The translations under genes were made by a program, and so were the position numbers. A stretch of DNA of 64,000 bases from Octopus vulgaris. Taxonomy: Eukaryota. The DNA lies in contig OX597831.1 of assembly GCA_951406725.2 (NCBI GenBank), positions 13,826,001 to 13,890,000 of the forward strand, given 5' to 3'. Numbering within the stretch: the first letter of the stretch is position 1; every line of letters starts with the position of its first letter. The notes under the pieces are model-generated. The model was not told the origin of the DNA, did no database searches, and saw only the letters and a program-made list of their open reading frames with translations. Below are positions 1 to 14,159 of the stretch, one piece after another.

Positions 1-73
1 TTTTTGTTTTTTGGGGTGAGGTTCCATTAACAATGGAGATGGATAGATAGAAATATAGGTAGGTATATAGGCT

Positions 74-246
<173 letters not shown>

Positions 247-995
247 TCACCAGTAAAGGTAAGGAGAAGAATACACTAGCAGAATAGATCCTCCTGACTG
301 ACAAGTAGATCCAAATGTCATTTTGAGGGATTTCGAGGAATTCAGACTATGTGACAATGAAAAAAAAACGTGTTGAGAAAACCATATATTTATTGTAGAA
401 TTTACCTATAAAATCGAAAGCTGTTGTGTTCAACATACATTTACGTTATGATAATTAAAAGCATAGAGATTTAGATGGGTGATTTTACATGTTTTCTTTG
501 TCTATATTTAATGAATAGATAATTAATTGTCGTGACAAAATCAGTTTCTAATTATCATAACGCAGAAGTATTGTGCTTATTTTTTATCTTGTTATCCAGT
601 GACGTCACCAATTGTTGGCTACAAAAATAGGCTTTGTTAGATTATATTTTTCTATTCTTTCTTTTTCCACTGATGTCAGCAATAGTTGAATACAGAAATA
701 ACCTTTCTTCAATTATATTTTTTATGTTTCTAATTATCATAACGTAGAACAATTATTTTTATATTTTTTATTTCTATTTTTATTTTAACTGTATATAAAT
801 TCCTTAGTTACTATAATTTATCAGTTTCTTTTGCCTATTCTTAGTATATGCATGTGTATGCAAATATAGTATTGGTATATCCCATTTATGTTCATTAGAA
901 ATTAAATAAATAAATAATTTTGACGTGTACGAATATTTATTTCCTCCCACTGTATATTTCCTCCCACTGTATATATATATATATATATATATATG

Positions 996-1160
996 CACGA
1001 AGGGATTCTTTCAGTTTCCCTCTACTAAATCCACTCACAAGTATTTGGCCGGCTTGAAACTATAGTAGAAGACACTCGCCCAATTTCCCAGGTGGGGCTG
1101 AAGCCGGAACCTTGTGTCTGGGGAGGAACCTACTTACGAATTAGCTACGGCTACACCTAT
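996..1160 (-). mobile_element. Degenerate 5' part of a tRNA-derived SINE (family of 11791-12180)
   Basis: Antisense match to ctttcagtttcc..aaatccactcacaa..ctatagtagaagacac of the copies at 11791 and 17045. Confidence 0.8.
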
Positions 1161-1440
1161 GGAGACCATAAAAATGACTTAGAAAAAGCAAATATGATAT
1201 CGAAAGCTTTATAAATCATTCATCAAAATGCTGTAAGATTTCCCTAAATTTTCTGAAAACATTCAATCTCCCTCGTGTTGTCATATCCGTATGTGTTATA
1301 TTATACTCACGGGATTATATGCACACACATACACATGTATACGAACGGAGTGAATTTGTAGTATTGAATTATATACACAGATTAACAAATTAAATTGAAA
1401 GCTTACAACGACGCAAATTGCTTATATTTTAGATACTTAC

Positions 1441-1477
1441 GAACCATGAGAAGAAACCAGCATAGACAATATTTCAT
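1441..1477 (-). CDS. First coding exon of paralog 0 of the small Cys-rich GPI-like family (MKYCLCWFLLMV, phase 1); rest of gene lies left of the window
   Basis: 37 nt ATG...GTTC|gtaagt, same length, donor and flanking sequence as 29374-29410 and 55167-55203. Confidence 0.8.
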
Positions 1478-2059
1478 CCTGGATATTCGTATTAAAGAGA
1501 ACATGTCGAGAAATATTCGCATTACAGTAACCTCGTCATGTATACTTAATATGACATAACATCTGTTGCCATCCTTGAAAGAATATATACATTTGCTGTA
1601 TAGAATATGGCATAGTTTATTACCAGACTCTTACTGTTTTTCCTGATTATGGAAACTATTTTAATGATTTATTTAACATAAGTGAAGCAAGGTTTTCAAG
1701 GTGTAAACCGGAAACTGAAAATGCTTCTCCTTGCAATTTCTTGATGAGAATGGAGAAAATAAAACTCGTAGAGAACTGAAGTCATTTGAAATGGGATGGG
1801 ACATCGTCTTCTGAATCTGTGAGACTCTGGTGCACTCACCATCTAATAGATGCATCCTATTCTCGGAGAGAGGCGGATTGAGAAAGAGGATGTTTTCTGT
1901 TGCAGGTTTTGAAATTACAAAATTAATTGAAAATTTTCAAATTTGGTATATTGCTATAATTTTACCCGCTGAATCCGAATTTGTTCTTCATTTATTTCAG
2001 ATTTTTTTCTTAAATGTTACAGATGTTTAAAATTCAATCCAAACTCCATTCTGATATAA

Positions 2060-2340
2060 ATAGTGAATGCATACATCTTATCAATGATAGGGACAACCTG
2101 GGGTTCATCATTACCGTAAAGCTTGAGATCGTCCTGAAGTAACACGTGGTTAATTTTTTTTTTGAAGACTCATGAATTCATACCCAGACTTAGCTTTCCT
2201 CAGAATCCTTCTTAGTGATAGCATGCACAGTGCAAAAATCACTGAGGACAAAGAGTCACTTGAAATACGCCTACCTTGATTTTCATGGTCCTCAAGTTTT
2301 TTCCATTTGTTGTAAGTTCTGCCTGCTACCTATCCAAGAG
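2060..2340 (-). mobile_element. Degenerate R4/Dong-type reverse transcriptase fragment
   Basis: Minus-strand translation KKINHVLLQDDLKLYG plus an upstream degenerate IFQGDSLSP-like motif. Confidence 0.7.
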
Positions 2341-2430
2341 CTTGTTCGACATTCGATACAATATCGATAGATTCACACATTCCATGATCTAAGAATGTGG
2401 TATCATATTGTAGGCCTTATGATAAACATG

Positions 2431-2431
<1 letters not shown>

Positions 2432-2476
<45 letters not shown>

Positions 2477-3400
2477 TGTGTGTGCTTATGTGTGTGTATA
2501 TATATATATATATATGCGTGTGTGTGCTTATGTATATATATATATATATAAATATCATGTATGTAACTGTTTGTACTTGGATAGTTGCATACACACACAC
2601 ACACAAATATATATATATATGCCTGTGTGCGTGCGTGTTTGTGTATATCTGATTGTTTGTGTGTGTACATTGATTTATTAAAAATTCTCTCCAAATTCGT
2701 TTTCGACGGTATTGCTTTTCCATTCTCTTGTCTATCTTCTACATTTTATACTTTTGACAACTTTAACTCTAGTGTTCTCTAAAAGATTAGACAGGTGGGC
2801 TGACAGACATACAGGTAGATAGATATCACACGCTTAACTGTACGTACATATGTGCTTTTATGACAAATGCTTGACGTATACACAAATATATACAATCACA
2901 CACACACCATCAACCCCATATATATATATAAATATATAAGATATGCATATGTTTGTATATGTGCGGGTGTATGTGCGTGATGCGAGGGCGTATATATAGG
3001 TATATGCATATACATATATATATGTATATATATATATATACGTATATATATACGTATATTTATACTTATATATTTATATATATTTATATATATATATTTA
3101 TACGTATATTTATACATATATTTATACATATATAAATATGTATTATACTACGTGTACGCATGTAAGCGCCTATATTATGTATATGAGGATGAGGTGTCGT
3201 ACATATATATATGTATGTGTATATGTATATATATATCTGTATATATGTATGTATATATACATATATACATACAAATATATATATGTATATATACATATAT
3301 ACAAACTAATATATATACATGTGTTTATGTGTGAGTACGTACATACATATATGTTTGTGTGTGCATGTACATATACATGTTTGTGTGCGTGTGTACGTAT
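2432..3400. repeat. Compound TA/TG/TACA low-complexity tracts
   Basis: Direct reading; source of the YIYI/CVCV ORFs. Confidence 0.9.
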
Positions 3401-3721
3401 ATAGACGTTGGGAACGCAGGATATTTATACCTATATATATTATTTTTGTGAGAATATGGTTGTGTGTTGTATATTTTTATATATCTTATATGTTATATCT
3501 TTTTTCTTTTTCTTCATTTTCCATCTATTAGAGTTACGTCCTTTATATTAACGGTTTTTCGTAGCGTCTATTGCCCTTAATAGCCGACGAGAATATATCG
3601 TAACTCTTCGCTCCGACATTCGAAACTCTGACAACTGTTTACTGTTTGCCCTGATTTATCACATACAAAACAATCCTGTATTTCTCCAAATATCAAGGTC
3701 TCATGTTTTTGTTGTTATACA

Positions 3722-3794
<73 letters not shown>

Positions 3795-3797
<3 letters not shown>

Positions 3798-4298
3798 TAG
3801 TTTTATTTTTATAGCGTGCTTTCACTTCACTACCGAGCGCAGCTCTGTGTGCCTTGGGTATGTGCTGTGATTTGTTGTGATGCTCTGATGGTTATTGTAT
3901 GGAAAGTGTTCTACGTAGGATGTGTGCAGTGCCTAGTAGTGCAATTTTCTGTATGTTATATGTGTTTGTAAGTCCTGGTGTTTTTGTTATGTATTTGTCT
4001 GAATATTTTTTTATCATGCCTAATGCACCTACTATGATAGGAATTGTTTCTGTTTTCAGATTCCACATTCTAGTTACCTCTATTTCCAGGTCTTTGTATT
4101 TTGAGAGTTTCTCCATTTCTTTTAGAGACACGCTGTCATCAGCCGGTATTGATACATCAATTAGAAAGCATTTTTTTTCTTCATGATCTCTGACAACTAT
4201 ATCTGGTCTGTTGACCTTAATTTCTCTATCTGTGTGTATCGGCATATCCCAGAGTATGGTTGCTTTCTCGTTTTCTGTGACCTTTTCTGGTGTGTGCC
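3795..4298 (-). mobile_element. 5'-truncated R4/Dong non-LTR retrotransposon (restriction-like endonuclease C-terminus plus 3' UTR) between (TAA)n tracts
   Basis: ILWDMPIHTDREIKVNRPDIVV..FLIDVSIP..EKLSKYKDL..PIIVGALG; (TTA)n on both sides; near-identical to 60773-61275. Confidence 0.9.
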
Positions 4299-4362
<64 letters not shown>

Positions 4363-4513
4363 CCTCATCATCATCCTCATCATCATATTACCGCCCGTAA
4401 ACCTGATTGAGTACTTTCTCCCACAGAAGAATCCAATATGAATCCTTACCGTATCGATTACTCGATGAAAAACATAGAACAACACATATATATTAATTAA
4501 ATTTACACAGGTT

Positions 4514-4519
4514 TTTATT
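4514..4519 (-). terminator. Candidate polyadenylation signal (AATAAA) of gene A
   Basis: Same position in the homologous 3' flanks of genes B (32523) and C (63455). Confidence 0.5.
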
Positions 4520-4739
4520 TGTACAAGTATACCTGGTCGCCATCGTCAAAACAGCTTCAGAACAAAATACTGCTCAGTATATGAACTGCAAGAAAAAAAA
4601 AGAATTCTTTATTTACTTACTTTAATGAAATGTATTTAACGACAATTAGTCTAAGTGAATTCCATACTAAGAGAATAAATATTATTTTGTACTGATATTA
4701 CAATATATTGATAATGCAGATATAAAATGAAATGTAAAA

Positions 4740-5078
4740 AGGGTAAATACCCCCTTCGGTCAGGCACTGACCATGGGTTTGCACCTAGAGAGATACCCTC
4801 TGAGGCACAAGTCTGGGCAAGGTTGTTTTTTTTTTATGGAAGACCAGCAGTCGCCCATGCATACCGGCCTCCCCTCTCCACGTCACCGATGTTGTCCAAG
4901 GGAAAGGCAAGGGCCGATACAGCTTGGCACCTGTGACGTCGCAACTCATTTCTACAGCTGAGTGAACTGGAGCAACGTGAAATAAAGTGCCTTGCTCATG
5001 AACACAACACGCAGCCCGGTCTGGGATTCGAGCTCACAACCTCACGATCGTAAGCTCGACGCTCTAACCACTGAGCCA
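4740..5078 (-). mobile_element. tRNA-derived SINE in the putative 3' UTR of gene A
   Basis: Antisense tRNA-like head (tggctcagtggttagagcgtcgagc...gagctcgaatccc) at about 5020-5078 followed by SINE body. Confidence 0.8.
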
Positions 5079-5131
5079 GTGCTAGAATAATACATCTCAT
5101 AACAGGAATGTGATATTCAAGTCAGTATTAA

Positions 5132-5922
5132 CACGTCGTCTGCCACAGGATATCAATATGATCTGCTTCTATTTACCAAAAGGGTTTTATTAAATTTCTC
5201 AAACCAGAAAACTGAAATATTTTGTGTGGTGGTATATAGGTACATAATACATGTAATTACATTACAATGACGTGATATAAGTTATTTCATAGTAACGCAA
5301 AATGCTCAGATTGGTTTGCTATGAAGGCTTTGAGCGGATGTTATTCATTATTTCACTATATCTCTTCATTGAATAATATATTCTTTATGTTTTCAGATTT
5401 ATAGGGAACTATTATAAATTTTGATTTGTAATATATAAGATGCCAAAAAGCCTTTCCGGTGAAAACATTGCTGGAATTGTTCAAGAACTCACGGAAAATG
5501 AACTACCGGAAGAGAGTGAACACTCAGATGCTTTAGATACAAATTATGTAGCAAATACCAGTGGAACTAATACCAGTGAGGCTAGTTCTACTGACGAAGA
5601 TGAACAATTAGTTGCTCGAGGTCGTAAGAGACAACGCAGTTCTCCGGCACCAACTGCATTGACATCTAATACTTATACCTGATATATATAGATGTTTCAC
5701 CAAATATATATCCTGGCAGGTACTATGATACGAGTTAATTCGTATCATTGGGCAAATAAAAAGTGTCTTTAGTGTTTCTACAACACACTCACAATGTTAG
5801 TTCCAGACACTAGTTCATTTTAAGCGTGTTACAATAAAGTAGACCTCTACGAGTATGTTCGTACCTTGCAAAATTGTATAGATTGCTAACTATGAGATTA
5901 CTCGCAGTTGGCAGTCAACGTG
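5132..5922 (+). mobile_element. Non-autonomous piggyBac-like element
   Basis: TTAA at 5128-5131 and 5923-5926; imperfect TIR CACGTCGTCTGCCA/CACGTTGACTGCCA; single TTAA at the paralogous site 32922; acidic 80-aa ORF 5440-5682 resembles a transposase N-terminus. Confidence 0.8.
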
Positions 5923-6153
5923 TTAACCTGTCATTTTAACACTAATTACAGTAATATATTACATTATAACTAAAGGGGATGAGCATTATTTTGCGCTGTC
6001 ATTACAAAAAAAAATCAATAATGCAAATATATTATATAAATATAAATGCTGTGACATATTCTGAAAGTGAATTTGTAACGGAAAAAATATTGGTTATATT
6101 TGTATAAAGAGTCTCACATCAGATATATTTCTTTCAGTTGACTTTGAATTCCT

Positions 6154-6254
6154 TCACACCAATATCGGTAGAATAAGAACTGGTAATATACTGTGTGTGG
6201 GTGTAAAACGAGTCACGGCACCACTATGGGATTTGGTTTTTGGCGCGGCTGTGG
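6154..6254 (-). CDS. Gene A last coding exon: (P)TAAPKTKSHSGAVTRFTPTHSILPVLILPILV*, GPI-signal-like tail
   Basis: Acceptor tttattccag, phase 1, stop TGA; homologous to 34105-34199. Confidence 0.85.
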
Positions 6255-6304
6255 CTGGAATAAATATGAAATATGGTGTTTATTATGGAATAATTCAGTT
6301 CTTT

Positions 6305-6700
6305 TGGTTTTGGTGTTGGATCGGGGACGTGCTTCAGCATTATCTTCAAACTATAGTACAAGAAATTGACTCCACTATTTATAATTTTTCAAAGTCTGAT
6401 AAATATTCCATCAGTCTCCTTCGCCGAGTTACTTTCTTAAAGAGACATAATCAAAACGGGATTGATTTTCAAAGCGTTCAAGGAGAAACCCAAGACACGC
6501 ACGCTCATACGTATATACATATGTAGCTACACTCATACATCCACGCGCACGCACATATACATACAATTTCCGTCCAGCAAATTGATTCACGGCACATAAT
6601 TTGACACGGGGCTACAGTAAAGGGTACATATCCAAGGTGTCATGTTGTGAGACTGACACAGGAACTTCAGTGCTGCTAAACGATCCACACAGCCATGAAA
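6305..6700 (-). mobile_element. Old degenerate SINE in gene A last intron, shared with gene B (about 34265-34520)
   Basis: Similar to the antisense SINE body; same position in both paralogs (gaaattgactcca). Confidence 0.6.
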
Positions 6701-7617
6701 GCATCTAGGAGTTTTCACAAAGTATTTCAATCTAACGTCCTCGCATGATAAAGATAAAGAAGTTGACTCTGAAAAAGTTTCGGAGTCACTTTTTTAGTTT
6801 CCATTTCACCACCTTTTTCATGTTCAGCGATTAAATTGATTACCAATTCAATTCCGGTGTTGATTAAGCCGAATTAAAATATTCCATTACTGTATTGGCA
6901 CTTAAATATAACAAATCATATAAGGAATTTCGGTCTCTACTTAGTGAGAATGAATAGAACGATAAAATTTTAATACTAAACAGATATTTTGATATATATT
7001 TTGTTGTAGACTTTATGAGCGTCATAGGTTTTGGAACAGCCGTTACGGTGCGACGCGTTTGCCATCGTTAATTCGAAACTGACTAAATTGACAACAGACG
7101 TTTAAATGTTTCTCTCGTTCTGTCCCTCTATCCGTAAAGATATGCTCGCATATGTGTGTGTGCGTGTGTGAGTGTATGCGTGTGTGTGAGAATATTTTTC
7201 TTAACGCATGCGTGTGGGAAGGTGTTTACATCAGTCGTGTTCAATTGTTGATTGTAACGTCTCTATCCCAATCCTTCTTTCGGGCTTCCTATTTGTAAAT
7301 ATATGTTTCTGCTTAGGCGCATTTCATACCTGCGTGCACATGTATGTGTCTGAATATTCTATTCGTCTTCAGTGTCTAAATGTATTGTCGCCAAACTTTG
7401 TTAAATGTCCAGCCAGCTGTGGTGAAGCGACACCGTCGAAACAGCGGCGTCTATTGGTTTCGTTCAGAGATTTTTATGTCATCTTAATGTCATCTAAATA
7501 TAAAATCGATGTCAGTTGGGTATAAACTCTCATCTAAAAATTGACAGAAGTAATTATCGCTTAGAAATTAAGTCGATAAATGGAATCTGATAATAGGATT
7601 ATATATTTATATCTTAC

Positions 7618-7709
7618 GAGCGCAGTGATTGTTCACATATTCATCAAGGTACTCATTAACACAATACCAGTGTTTTTTGGCAACACATAATTCATATTCG
7701 TAATAAAAT
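7618..7709 (-). CDS. Gene A exon 4: (Q)FYYEYELCVAKKHWYCVNEYLDEYVNNHCA
   Basis: ttttcag|...GCTC|gtaaga, 92 nt, phase 2-1; homologous to 34946-35037 with 3 conserved Cys. Confidence 0.9.
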
Positions 7710-8408
7710 CTGAAAAGCAAATACAAAATCAGTGGATTATGTTCTAGGAGAGAAGACTTAATATAACTGGCAATAAGTACACTACACCCATCCGCTGCCA
7801 CTTGCTACCTTATATGGCGCGGAAATAGGTATCATGTTTTCAGGAATTATTTTTGGTGCCTACATAATTGCAATCGGATGTTAAAAAAGTTGACAATCAC
7901 TTCCTTCCCAACGATCCCTCAACGAAAAAATCAAAGACAGGACAGCTGGAGGAAGGGCAGATTGCATCAGCATCGATTTCTACTCATTGAAGGAAGAAAT
8001 ACTTCACTTAAAACTACTATCCTTCAATTTTGGAAATATTTTGCGCTCTAAATGTGCTTTAAATAAATTTGATTTATGTTTATGCTGGAGTTTAGGTTAT
8101 CTGTGTATTTGGTAATCTTCGATAATGACATTGGATGTCATATACAGATCGTCGACCTTGTTTGTCCGGTTTGCAAACAAATCTTATTGTGGTTGACATT
8201 TGTTATTCATTTTTATACTTATATATCACTGAAAAAATTCTAGAGTATTTAGTTTGAGTCACACCACCAAACAATCTTTTGTTGAGTACCGATGCGAAAA
8301 AATATTTATAATTGACATTGAATTCTATCGATGTTTATAAAACTTAGAATTAAACATAATTATTACATTAATAAAATTAGCTATAAGATAAATAAAAAGG
8401 TTACGTAC

Positions 8409-8508
8409 TGACAGTTTTTAGGACCTTTGATTCCTTTGTCATATTTCACGATGTGAGGGCAAACGACATGGGGCGCACATACTCTGACCCGCAGTTCTCT
8501 ATCTTTCA
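8409..8508 (-). CDS. Gene A exon 3: (L)KDRELRVRVCAPHVVCPHIVKYDKGIKGPKNC
   Basis: tattag|...TGTCA|gtacgt, 100 nt, phase 1-2; homologous to 38484-38580. Confidence 0.87.
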
Positions 8509-8669
8509 CTAATATAATAACTTTAGTATCAATATTGTTGCCGCATTTAAAACATATGAAACGGAATGTTTAGGAAAACAGGTATATTTTATTTATCATT
8601 GTCGATTAGAAATTCTAATATGGAATTGGATATGATGGAGAAAACATTTAAGTATCTTCTAATATATTT

Positions 8670-8915
8670 GGCAGTAAGGCGGCGAGCTAGCAGAAACGTT
8701 ATCACGCCGGATGAAATTCTAAGCGGTATATCGTCTGCCTTTACGTTCTGAGTTCAAATACCGCCGAGGTCGACTTTGCCTTTCATTCTTTTGGGTTCGA
8801 TATATTAAGGACCAGTTACGTACTGGTGTCGATATAATTTGACCGTTTCGGGGTCGATAAATTGAGTATCAGTTACGTACTGAGGTCGATCTAATCGACT
8901 GGTCCCCCTCCCTCA
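8670..8915 (+). mobile_element. tRNA-derived SINE with Nin-like central domain
   Basis: ggcgagct..gttcaaat..ccgccgaggtcgactttgcctttcat..tcgat..accag; many copies in this window. Confidence 0.85.
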
Positions 8916-8945
8916 AAACTGCAGTATATATATATATATATATAT

Positions 8946-11683
<2,738 letters not shown>

Positions 11684-11719
11684 ATATATATCAACTCGTG
11701 TGTTCCTTTTCACCTTTAT

Positions 11720-11790
<71 letters not shown>

Positions 11791-11792
<2 letters not shown>

Positions 11793-12180
11793 CGCAGGAG
11801 TGGCTGTGAGGTAAGTAGCTTGCTTACGAACCACATGGTTCCGGGTTCAGTCCCACTGCGTGGCACCTTGGGCGAGTGTCTTCTACTATAGCCGCGGGCC
11901 GACCAAAGCCTTGTGAGTGGATTTGGTAGACTGAAACTGAAAGAAGCCTGTCGTATATATGTATCTATGTATGTATGTGTGTGTGTTTGTGTGTCTGTGT
12001 TTGCTTGACAACCGATGCTGGTGTGTTTATGTCCCCGTTACTTAGCGGTTCGGCAAAAGAGACCGATAGAATAAGTACTGGGCTTGCAAAGAATAAGTCC
12101 CGGGGTCGAGTTGCTCAATTAAAGGCCGTGCTCCAGCATGGCCGCTGTCAAATGATTGAAACAAGTAAAAGAGTAAAAGA
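11791..12180 (+). mobile_element. Full-length tRNA-derived SINE
   Basis: Head ggcgcaggagtggctgtgaggtaag..ggttcagtccc, internal (TG)n, tail gctccagcatggcc..tgaaacaagtaaaagag. Confidence 0.9.
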
Positions 12181-12223
12181 GATATATATGTATGTATATA
12201 CATGTATATATATATATATACAT

Positions 12224-12596
12224 AGGGGAAAATTAAAATGAAACAAAGAAAATGGGCACTAGGTATAAAAGTAATGAGTTTTGTTATAAAAACAGATATA
12301 TACAAATAAATGACTTGAGGTGGAATTAAGAAGTATAAAAATCATTATTATGAGCCAATATAGAAAGTCATACCGGTTTCGTCATTCCTGTTCACTGACT
12401 TTTTTCAGCGAACAGCGATGAAAAAACCGGTATAACTTTCTTGACTTTCTGTATCGATTCATGATAATGATTTTTATACTTCTTAATTCCACCTAAAATC
12501 GTTTATTTGTATGTGTATATCTTTGTTTTTATTTTAAAATAGCCATTACTTTTATATCTTGTGTGCAGTTTCATTCTTTTGTTTTAATTTTCCCCA
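12224..12596. repeat. About 370-bp imperfect palindrome (fold-back, probably Penelope pLTR-derived)
   Basis: Arms such as ggtggaattaagaagtataaaaatcatta / taatgatttttatacttcttaattccacc. Confidence 0.8.
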
Positions 12597-12638
12597 ATTT
12601 ATACCACGTGTAGTCCTTTTTCTTTGAAACTTGTTTCT

Positions 12639-12732
<94 letters not shown>

Positions 12733-13535
12733 AATATATATACATATATAATGTTTGAGAAGGAGGTAGAGGTAAAGAGACGTGACTTTTGTATGGTCAG
12801 ACTGGAATGTTTAGTAGTTAGTGACCTTTTAAGTTGTGGAGGAAAAAGAAGAGAACAGAAAAATAATTTTTGCAGTTGAATCGGTCAACGTTTTAATTGA
12901 AAAACCAATAATTCTCTTTCTCAATGAGCAAAAATCCACAGACAACACATCCGAGAAAAGGAGTTACGGAAAATTCCATTGAGCAAATATAAAGAAGTTC
13001 TCCACCAAAATTAAACACATTTAAAATAGGAAACATTTTGGAATATGTGAAGGAAAATTGATAGTTCCGAAAGATAACGTCTCAAAGAAAGTCCTTAACA
13101 AAAATTAACATAACTATATATTTTTTGAAATTCCACCTATGAGAATTGTATATGAATTTGATTGTATCTACGTTAAAGATGACCCCTAAACCATTGCTAA
13201 AACCCTCTAGATTCCGAAATTCTGTAAGAACAGCTGCTTTCCTCTTCCGTACTTGGATCTCTTTCTCCTTTAGAAAATTATTGGTTGGAACTTTAAAATA
13301 TATTCAAAACAAAACATCCAACCAGCAATCGATGAATTTGGAAATATAATTGTGACAGCATTGTGTAATGCTTTTTTTAAAATTTATTTTTGCAGCCTGA
13401 AGGACAAATACTCGGACAAAAATCAAGAGTAGTGGCTAAAATGACTAAAAGTGCCGTGTGGACGCCCCCAAACGATGAAGTAGGCTAGCCCAATACGTAG
13501 ATATAGAGCGAGAATCCTACACGTCGTCAGAGTAG

Positions 13536-13791
13536 GAAGGCAGCAAGCTGGCAGAAACGTTAGCACGACGGGTGAAATAATTACCGGTATTTCATCTGCC
13601 GCTACGTTCTGAGTTCAAATTCCGCCGAGGTCGACTTTGCCTTTCATCCTTTCGGGGTCGATAAATTTAGTTCCATTTACGCACTGGGGTCGATATAATC
13701 GACTTAATCCGTCTGTCTGTCCTTGTTTGTCCCTTCTACGTTTAGCCCCTTGTGGGCAATAAAAAAAATAATAAAAAATTTAGAAAAGAAG
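13536..13791 (+). mobile_element. Nin-like SINE with 15-bp TSD
   Basis: TSD acgtcgtcagagtag at 13521-13535 and 13792-13806. Confidence 0.9.
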
Positions 13792-14125
13792 ACGTCGTCA
13801 GAGTAGTAGACTAGACCAGAGGAGAGTAGAGAAGAGTTAAGTAGAAGAGAAAGTCGAGCAGAGTTGAGGAGAGGTCATCCGAACGTGTGACATAACAAAA
13901 CCTTCCAAATTTATTTAGCCACAGAGATGAATCTTTAATTATATTAATTAATTATCTTTAAGAATCATCATGTATGTGTGGTGTGTGTGCACAAATATGA
14001 ACATATATAGATGTATTTGAGTGTATGTGTGTGTATGTAAGTGTGTGTATATGTATGCGTGCATGTATATATATATTTGTATATATATAGACATATATGG
14101 TGGGAGATGTATGTGTATATATATA

Positions 14126-14156
<31 letters not shown>

Positions 14157-14159
14157 TTA

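Noticed and set aside
2389-3531. [12 protein letters not shown] ORFs here and throughout the window
   Set aside because: Stop-free dinucleotide repeats with no coding evidence
5440-5682. Host gene encoding an acidic protein with an NLS-like RKR motif
   Set aside because: Lies inside a TTAA/TIR-bounded insertion, so a transposase remnant is more likely
6138-6182. Apparent plus-strand 45-nt exon (tttcag|..DFEFLHTNIGRIRT|gtaat), conserved at 34089-34133 and reminiscent in length of a nicotinic receptor exon
   Set aside because: The phase 0 reading has a stop, I found no partner plus-strand exons, and the conservation is explained by the minus-strand last exon and stop
7607-7801. 64-aa ORF as a complete gene
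   Set aside because: Only 7618-7709 is conserved at the protein level and bounded by splice sites; the rest is intron read-through
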